From: Nitrospirales bacterium
GTDB taxonomy: Bacteria; Nitrospirota; Nitrospiria; Nitrospirales; UBA8639
Reading direction: 5' to 3'
Assembly (NCBI GenBank): GCA_021604005.1
Contig: BQIV01000007.1
Location: 28,629-92,628, forward strand
DNA: 64,000 bases
Positions 57,982 to 64,000 of this stretch are shown one piece after another. How positions within the stretch are numbered: position 1 is the stretch's first letter; every line of letters begins with the position of its first letter. Below the pieces are notes generated by a model, which saw only the letters and a program-made list of their open reading frames with translations, was not told the origin of the DNA and did no database searches. The position numbers and the translations under genes are program-made.

Positions 57982-58875
57982 ATGGGCATTCAAGAGGGAC
58001 CGAAAAAACTGGGAAGTCAGATCCGAGCTGGAACCTTGGCCGTGCCGGGTGTGTTTAACGCCTTTACCGCACGTCTCGTTGAAAACGCTGGATTCCCTGC
58101 CGTGTACGTATCTGGTGCGGGACTGTCAGCCAGCCGGGCCATGCCCGACATCGGTTTACTCACGATGACCGAAGTGGCCACGGCAACTCGGCACATTGTG
58201 CAGATGATCAACATTCCCGTTATCGTGGATGCTGATACGGGGTTCGGAGAAGTGCACCATGTGAATCGAGCCGTCGGCGAATTGGAATCGGCTGGTGCGG
58301 CAGGTATTCAACTTGAAGATCAGATTATGGCCAAGCGGTGTGGGCATTTGCCAGGTAAGGAACTCATCGACAGCAAGGCCATGTCTCTAAAGATTGCTGC
58401 AGCGGTTGAAGCGAAACACAATCCTAATTTGCTGATCATTGCCCGGACCGATGCCCGGGCCAAGGAGGGGTTGGATGGTGCGATTCACAGGGCTCTGACA
58501 TATCGGGATGCAGGAGCCGATGCGATTTTTCCGGAAGCTCTGGAATCAGCCGAGGAATTTGAATCCTTTGCGAACGCGATGAACGACCCGGCGGTGATTT
58601 TGGTTGCGAATATGACGGAGTGGGGGAACACGCCCTTGTTGTCTGTAACAGAATTTTCACAAATGGGCTATCAGATCGTCCTGTTTCCTATGACCTTGTT
58701 CCGTATGATGGCTAAGGGGATGGAAGAAGCTTTGGACGAACTCAAGAAGAGTGGGACGCAAAAGGCCTTGCTTGAACGGATGCAGAGTCGATCCGAACTC
58801 TACGAGGTTCTTCACTATGATGGGAATGGTCAGATTGCGGGAGTAGGAAAGGCAGGTATGTCATGGAAACGTTGA
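57982..58875 (+). CDS. prpB: Methylisocitrate lyase
   Basis: VPGVFNAFTARL.E.AGF.AVYVSGA, DADTGFG, IQLEDQ...KRCGHL.GK and IIARTDA. Confidence 0.9.
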   Translation: MGIQEGPKKLGSQIRAGTLAVPGVFNAFTARLVENAGFPAVYVSGAGLSASRAMPDIGLLTMTEVATATRHIVQMINIPVIVDADTGFGEVHHVNRAVGELESAGAAGIQLEDQIMAKRCGHLPGKELIDSKAMSLKIAAAVEAKHNPNLLIIARTDARAKEGLDGAIHRALTYRDAGADAIFPEALESAEEFESFANAMNDPAVILVANMTEWGNTPLLSVTEFSQMGYQIVLFPMTLFRMMAKGMEEALDELKKSGTQKALLERMQSRSELYEVLHYDGNGQIAGVGKAGMSWKR

Positions 58876-59987
58876 TGTATAAACCTGGGTTGGATGGAGC
58901 CATTGTTGGCGAATCGGCAATCTGTCAGATTGATGAAGCCTCAGGGCATTTACGATATCGAGGGTATCTCATTGAAGATCTGGCCGAGCAGGCATCTTTC
59001 GAGGAGGTTGCATTTTTGTTAATTCATGGAGATCTTCCTTCCTCTCATGAGCACCAGGTATGGAAAAGCGAACTAGAGCAAGAGGAGCATTTGCCTGTGG
59101 TCGTGAGACGGTTTTTGGAGACTATCCCTTCTTCTGCTCATCTGATGGATGTGCTCCGAACCAGTATTTCTTTTCTTGGGATGATCGATCCGGAGGCCAA
59201 CGATCCATCACATGCGGCGAATGTTCGAAAAGCCACAAAGTTACTTGCGAAAACTCCCTTGATTCTCTCATGTGCGGTTCGAGCACGTTACGACGCTCCG
59301 CCCTATCCGCCGATTTCACAGCTGCCCTTCGCCACTAACCTCTTGTACCTTCTGACCGGCACCAACCATCCAATGAAGGCCAAGGAACTCGATGTATCAC
59401 TCAACCTTTATGCTGAACATGAATTCAATGCCTCCACCTTTGCCGCCAGAGTGACGGCTTCGACATTAGCCGATCTCTATGGGGCGGTGACGTCGGCGAT
59501 TGGCACGCTGAAAGGTTCCCTACATGGAGGTGCCAATGAAGCTGTCGCAGTGATGCTAACATCTATTGATCAGCCAGAGAGGGCAAAACTGTGGATTCAG
59601 TCTAAGTTGGCAAGGAAGGAGCGAGTCATGGGTTTTGGTCACCGTGTCTTGAAGCACGAAGATCCCCGCACAAGCATCGTCAAACGACGGGCAAGGAACT
59701 TGAGTAACGAATTAGGTCACTCCCGATGGTATGAGATTGCAGAAATCATAGAACACACGATGCAAAAAGAACGAGGGTTGTTCCCCAATCTGGATTTCTA
59801 CACCGCTGTTGTGTACTTGTTACTCAGGATCCCAATTGAGACCTGTACGCCTATCTTTGTCACGAGTCGTATGGCGGGATGGTGTGCTCACGTCATTGAA
59901 CAGCAAGACCGCAACCGCCTGATCAGGCCACGGGCGTCCTACATTGGCCCAAGTATTCGAGAATTTCTCCCCATCCAATTGAGGTAG
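58863..59987 (+). CDS. prpC: 2-methylcitrate synthase (citrate synthase family)
   Basis: YKPGLDGAIVGES.I, LYAEHEFNASTF, GSLHGGANE and GFGHRVLK.EDPR. An alternative start at ATG 58875 overlaps the prpB stop (TGATG). Confidence 0.85.
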   Translation: METLMYKPGLDGAIVGESAICQIDEASGHLRYRGYLIEDLAEQASFEEVAFLLIHGDLPSSHEHQVWKSELEQEEHLPVVVRRFLETIPSSAHLMDVLRTSISFLGMIDPEANDPSHAANVRKATKLLAKTPLILSCAVRARYDAPPYPPISQLPFATNLLYLLTGTNHPMKAKELDVSLNLYAEHEFNASTFAARVTASTLADLYGAVTSAIGTLKGSLHGGANEAVAVMLTSIDQPERAKLWIQSKLARKERVMGFGHRVLKHEDPRTSIVKRRARNLSNELGHSRWYEIAEIIEHTMQKERGLFPNLDFYTAVVYLLLRIPIETCTPIFVTSRMAGWCAHVIEQQDRNRLIRPRASYIGPSIREFLPIQLR

Positions 59988-60247
59988 CCTGAACGGAAAC
60001 CACGCAAAGCGTGAGGCGAAAGACGTCGTATAGAAAACGATCCCTCGCTCCACGTTTCACGTCTAACGCTTCACGAAATACGAGGACGCAGATGGCGGAA
60101 GAACCAGAGAGTCAATCCGAAACAAGTGAGAATGATCAAATTGAATAATTGAAATTTTGGATTTGTTTCGATATTCGTATTTCGATTTTATGGAACGTAC
60201 TTGGAATGACTATAGGCTCAACGTCCACCTTATAACTCTTTAATACA

Positions 60248-61477
60248 ATGGCCGTTACGCTCAAACATATACTTCAGGCCGCGGAAACGATCACGGAGCA
60301 TATTGGACATACGCCATGTACCTACTCAAAGGCGTGTTCACAGACGTGTGGTGCTGAAATCGTTCTCAAGTTCGAAAACTTACAAAAAACGGGATCCTTT
60401 AAGGCTCGTGGAGCTGTACTCAAACTTCTTTCTTTGACCTCCGAGCAACGGAAAAAAGGAATCATCGCCATGTCTGCGGGAAACCATGCCCAAGCTGTGG
60501 CCTGCTATGCCGAGGAGTTTCACATTCCTGCTCTCATCGTCATGCCCCGGCATACGTCCAATACCAAAGTGGAACAGACGCGGAAGTTTGGTGCCGAGGT
60601 CTTGTTGCAAGGAGAGAGTTTTGAAGAAGCCAATGACAGTGCAAAGCGGATGGCTTGCGAACAAGAGCTTCATCTAGTCCATCCGTACGATGATGAGGTT
60701 ATCATCACGGGGCAGGGGACGGTGGCTCTGGAGATGTTGCACGCCCACCCCGATCTGGATGTATTGATTGTCCCGGTGGGTGGAGGCGGATTAATTGCAG
60801 GCTGTGCAGTTGCGGCCAAAGGGATACGGCCCAACATTCAGGTGATCGGTGTCCAGACTGAACGTTTCCCGGCGGTGTTTCAAACGTTGAAGGGGCTACC
60901 TGTCGAGTGTGGTGTTAACACCATTGCGGAAGGCATTGCTCTGAAGAACCCGGGAACGCGAACGCTTCCCATTGTGAGAAGCTTGGTGGATGAAATCTTA
61001 TTGGTCAACGAACGTGATCTGGAACAGGCAGTCTTGTTGTTGCTGCAAAAAGAAAAGACCGTTGTTGAAGGAGCCGGGGCTGCCGGTCTGGCTGCCTTAC
61101 TGACAAACCTTCATGACTTTACAGGAAAAAAGGTGGGAGTCATCCTGTCGGGCGGTAACATTGATTTCGTGATCCTTTCTTCGATTATTCAACGTGGGTT
61201 GGTCAGGTCAGGTCGGTTGGTCCGGCTCCTGGTGGAGCTCAGAGACATTCCCGGGGCTTTGGCGGATGTCTCGCACTGTATCAGTCAAACCGATGCCAAT
61301 ATTGTCGAGGTGCATCATCAGCGCGCGTTTACCCATCTGCCTCTTCCATCGGCAGAAGTCGAGTTTGTTCTTTTGACGCGGGGCTTGATGCACATTCAAG
61401 AAATAGCAACGCGTCTGAATTTGGAAGGATATAAAACCCATCGTATCCATGAGCATGAAGACGTGGCAAACGCATGA
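60248..61477 (+). CDS. ilvA: Threonine ammonia-lyase (PLP-dependent, single C-terminal ACT-like domain)
   Basis: LKFENLQKTGSFKARGA (PLP Lys), SAGNHAQ and VPVGGGGLI.G. A C-terminal regulatory domain of about 80 aa follows. Confidence 0.85.
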   Translation: MAVTLKHILQAAETITEHIGHTPCTYSKACSQTCGAEIVLKFENLQKTGSFKARGAVLKLLSLTSEQRKKGIIAMSAGNHAQAVACYAEEFHIPALIVMPRHTSNTKVEQTRKFGAEVLLQGESFEEANDSAKRMACEQELHLVHPYDDEVIITGQGTVALEMLHAHPDLDVLIVPVGGGGLIAGCAVAAKGIRPNIQVIGVQTERFPAVFQTLKGLPVECGVNTIAEGIALKNPGTRTLPIVRSLVDEILLVNERDLEQAVLLLLQKEKTVVEGAGAAGLAALLTNLHDFTGKKVGVILSGGNIDFVILSSIIQRGLVRSGRLVRLLVELRDIPGALADVSHCISQTDANIVEVHHQRAFTHLPLPSAEVEFVLLTRGLMHIQEIATRLNLEGYKTHRIHEHEDVANA

Positions 61478-61537
61478 ATGACCTTTGAATACACGTGCGG
61501 CCGTATTCTTTTTGAGAAAGAAATCGAGAGGAGCGGT

Positions 61538-62551
61538 ATGGCACACATTGTCCGCTTTCATACACTTGGAAGACCGGACGTTCTTCAGATAGAAGAGGTG
61601 CCGGCTGCCATCCCACGCACAGGTGAGGTTCGAATACAGGTTCAAGCGATCGGTTTGAATCGCGCGGATATATTATTTCGGCAAGGCAAGTATCTAGAGG
61701 AACCCGACTTACCGTCATGCCTCGGCTATGAAGCCGCAGGTGTGATTGAGGCTGTTGGGAAAGGAGTGACAACCTTTCATGCTGGCGACCGAGTCAGTAC
61801 CATACCGGCCTTTTCTATGCGGCAGTATGGAGTCTATGGCGATTGCGTGGTCGTACCGGCCAATGCTGTCACGGGATACCCGTTGAATTTAACTCCAACG
61901 GAAGGTGCCGCCATCTGGATGCAATATTTAACGGGATATTTTGTGCTCTATGAATTGGGGCATTTGCAAGCGGGACAGCACGTGTTGATCACGGCGGCCA
62001 CAAGTAGTACTGGCTGTGCGGCGATACAATTGACTAATGCGATGGGAGCCATCGCCATCGCTACAACTCGAAAAAAGGCCAAAAAACCTAATCTGCTCGA
62101 AGCAGGTGCTCACCATGTTGTCGTAACAGAAGAGGAGCCGTTCGTTGACCGAGTGCTGGAAATTACGAAAGGGAAAGGCGCTGAAATGATTTACGATCCG
62201 GTCGCCGGGCCGGGGTTTATGAACATGGGAGACGTTGTCGCCAATCAGGGAACCATTGTTCTCTATGGAGCACTGATGCCGGAACCTACAGTCTTTCCAT
62301 TGTATGCAGCTCTGACCAAAAGTCTCCGGATTCATGTACACAAAATCTTCGACTTTACCGGAAATCCAGCCATGCAGCTTCCGCGGCAAGAAGATGCGTT
62401 TGATCGTGGACGGTCCTATATCTACGATGCTCTGGCCTCAGAAACCTTTAAACCTATCATCGATCGGACCTTTCCACTGACGGACATTGCCGAAGCGCAT
62501 CGGCATATGGAGTCTAATCGACAGAACGGAAAAATCGTCGTGACTGTGTAG
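61538..62551 (+). CDS. NADPH:quinone oxidoreductase (zinc-independent MDR, zeta-crystallin-like)
   Basis: MAHIVRFHTLGRPDVLQIEEVP....GEVRIQV.AIGLNR.D and ITAATSSTGCAAIQL. I prefer ATG 61538 (SD gaggag). Confidence 0.8.
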   Translation: MAHIVRFHTLGRPDVLQIEEVPAAIPRTGEVRIQVQAIGLNRADILFRQGKYLEEPDLPSCLGYEAAGVIEAVGKGVTTFHAGDRVSTIPAFSMRQYGVYGDCVVVPANAVTGYPLNLTPTEGAAIWMQYLTGYFVLYELGHLQAGQHVLITAATSSTGCAAIQLTNAMGAIAIATTRKKAKKPNLLEAGAHHVVVTEEEPFVDRVLEITKGKGAEMIYDPVAGPGFMNMGDVVANQGTIVLYGALMPEPTVFPLYAALTKSLRIHVHKIFDFTGNPAMQLPRQEDAFDRGRSYIYDALASETFKPIIDRTFPLTDIAEAHRHMESNRQNGKIVVTV

Positions 62552-62571
62552 GCAACGTACGATTACTTCAT

Positions 62572-62602
62572 GCGTATCTCTGATGGGAGAGATACGCTTT
62601 TT
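62572..62602 (+). terminator. Rho-independent terminator
   Basis: gcgtatctct, loop gatggg, then agagatacgc followed by ttttt. It starts 21 nt after the oxidoreductase stop. Confidence 0.8.
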
Positions 62603-62668
62603 ATTAGCATTCTCGAATGAGGTATCCGGCCGTACACAATTCTTACACGCCATAAAAGGAGGCGTACC

Positions 62669-62845
62669 ATGGATCTCATATTGGATGCCAACGAACAAGA
62701 AGTTTTGATTTCGGTCTTAACCGTGGCCATTTCGGATCTGACCGATGAAATCGCGCACACCGATAGATACCAGTTACGACAAGAACTCAAAGACCAAAAG
62801 CGAGTACTCCGAGAGATTCTTGTTCGCCTTAATGGAGAGGGATAG
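62669..62845 (+). CDS. Small hypothetical helical protein (58 aa)
   Basis: Below the ORF-track cutoff. ATG 62669 has a consensus SD (aaaggagg) 7 nt upstream. Sequence: MDLILDANEQEVLISVLTVAISDLTDEIAHTDRYQLRQELKDQKRVLREILVRLNGEG. Confidence 0.5.
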   Translation: MDLILDANEQEVLISVLTVAISDLTDEIAHTDRYQLRQELKDQKRVLREILVRLNGEG

Positions 62846-62911
62846 TCCGCAACGTCGGAGGACTCGATGATTCAGGGTTCTGGAGCGTCCGAGAAGAAGG
62901 GCATGAACCGC

Positions 62912-64000
62912 TCAGTTGGGGGGAGGCGTTTTTCTGAGGAGAAGCGAGGTCTGAAGGTCGTGTTTAGCCGGGACGTAGGTAGGGTCCACTTGTAGAGTGA
63001 GACGAAACGCTTCGATTGCCTCGTCCACTTTTCCCTGTTCGAAGAGCGAGCGTCCCAGGTTATGGTGAGCTTTCGTCAGTTTGCGTTTTGCCTTCTTGTC
63101 TGCAGGCTTGAGAAGGACTATTTCTTGATACACTTTAATGGCTTCATCCCAGGCGCCGCTTTGTGCGAGTTTATCTCCAATGTGATAATGAAACTGGGAA
63201 TAATTTAAGCCGCTGGGAGCGGGGTGAATGGCTTCTCGCCACGCCGCCATGGCCTTTGCGAGTTTCCCTTTCTGAGGAGAAAAGGGAGCAAGGCTATGGT
63301 TACGCGAACGTTCCTGTAGGTTCAGTTGAAACCCCTTTCGCCAGGCCGCCGTTGCCCCGTCCAAATCACCTTTTTGTCCTAAAGCCAGCGCGAGGTTGAA
63401 ATAGGCTTCGGCATAATCCGGGTTATTGGGTTGAATCCGGATGACTTCCTGGTAAGCTGCTATCTCTTCATTGATTTCTCCTTTGTCTCCAAGCGCCATT
63501 CCAAGATTGAAGTGGATTAAGGCATTCTCTGGTTGAAGGCGAATCGCCTCACGATAGGCGCTAATCTCGCCTTCTCGATTTCCTTTCTGACCAAGAGAAA
63601 CCCCAAGACTAAAGTACGCCATAGCCTCATCCGGATAACGACGAATCACTTCGCGCCAGGCAGCAATCGCTTCCTCCAGCCCCCCTCTTTTTTGGACGGC
63701 AATTCCAAGGATTTTACGAATCGACGTTTCATCAGGCTTTAGCCTGATTCCCTCACGCCATGCGGCAATGGCACCTTCAAGATCTCCCTTCCGTTCTAGA
63801 GCATACCCAAGGTTGAATTGGGCTTCGGCATAGGCAGGATCATCAAGTTGTAGGCGGAGAGCTTCGCGATACGCAGATATGGCTCCGTTCTGATCGCCCT
63901 TTCGGGCGAGAGCATATCCAAGGTTGGAATAGGCTTCGGCATTGTCAGGGGAAAGCCGAATCGCCACACGAAATTCGTGGATCGCCTGAGCCATTTCCCC
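62912..64000 (-). CDS. TPR-repeat protein; the 5' end probably runs off the right edge
   Basis: About nine 34-38-aa units of the form G.....AI.A.REAIRL.P..A.A.FNLG.AL. The reading frame stays open upstream of Met 63994 to the window edge (..GE-MAQAI..), which continues the repeat register. Confidence 0.85.
   Translation of the reverse strand, partial: GEMAQAIHEFRVAIRLSPDNAEAYSNLGYALARKGDQNGAISAYREALRLQLDDPAYAEAQFNLGYALERKGDLEGAIAAWREGIRLKPDETSIRKILGIAVQKRGGLEEAIAAWREVIRRYPDEAMAYFSLGVSLGQKGNREGEISAYREAIRLQPENALIHFNLGMALGDKGEINEEIAAYQEVIRIQPNNPDYAEAYFNLALALGQKGDLDGATAAWRKGFQLNLQERSRNHSLAPFSPQKGKLAKAMAAWREAIHPAPSGLNYSQFHYHIGDKLAQSGAWDEAIKVYQEIVLLKPADKKAKRKLTKAHHNLGRSLFEQGKVDEAIEAFRLTLQVDPTYVPAKHDLQTSLLLRKTPPPN

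Noticed and set aside
60117-60190. Possible attenuator upstream of the threonine dehydratase gene (cgaaacaa/ttgtttcg followed by a T-rich tract, plus an 18-codon ORF MAEEPESQSETSENDQIE)
   Set aside because: The stem is only 8 bp with a loop of about 38 nt. The leader peptide has no Thr/Ile/Val codon run. This is too weak to call.

Overview
This is a 64-kb bacterial chromosomal window at about 50% GC, with roughly 55 intact genes and no rRNA, tRNA, CRISPR array, integrase or transposase that I can recognise. I cannot assign a taxon from the sequence alone.

Most of the window encodes central carbon and acyl-CoA catabolism:
- 16.3-23.8 kb (minus strand): a co-directional string of citrate synthase, SdhA, SdhB and a CCG-domain (HdrB-like) subunit, followed by an acidic protein, an O-methyltransferase, a SET-domain protein and a small ORF.
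- 24.6-31.8 kb: a beta-oxidation set with crotonase, 3-hydroxyacyl-CoA dehydrogenase, thiolase and acyl-CoA synthetase, plus a divergent large acyl-CoA dehydrogenase.
- 42.7-55.8 kb (minus strand): a 13-gene branched-chain amino-acid catabolic cluster. It encodes BCKDH E1a, E1b and E2, a thiolase, Hbd, a split B12 mutase with isobutyryl-CoA-mutase signature residues, an MBL hydrolase, the MCC carboxyltransferase, a hydratase, HMG-CoA lyase and a short MeaB. An amicyanin-like cupredoxin sits at its head, and a beta-propeller gene and an IDO-like gene follow it.
- 56.6-61.5 kb: prpD-prpB-prpC followed by threonine dehydratase.

The left 16 kb is a mixed set of genes. It holds an MltD-like transglycosylase with tandem LysM repeats, a GIY-YIG nuclease, an orphan TAXI receptor, an ATP-grasp protein, a cupin, MscS, ilvD and an SGNH hydrolase. 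It also carries two toxin-antitoxin pairs.

The accessory signals worth a second look:
- Both VapC toxins are dead (one by three clustered in-frame stops, one by a 1-nt deletion), while both antitoxins are intact.
- A histidine kinase upstream of a sigma54 activator carries in-frame stops, and the activator has a GAFTDA loop. An atypical clpX paralogue lies next to it.
- A 2.2-kb gene-poor stretch holds three MITE-like units bounded by terminal inverted repeats, one of them flanked by an 8-bp duplication.
- A 1.1-kb gap contains four consecutive hairpins.

All functional calls come from motif recognition by eye. No database search was run.
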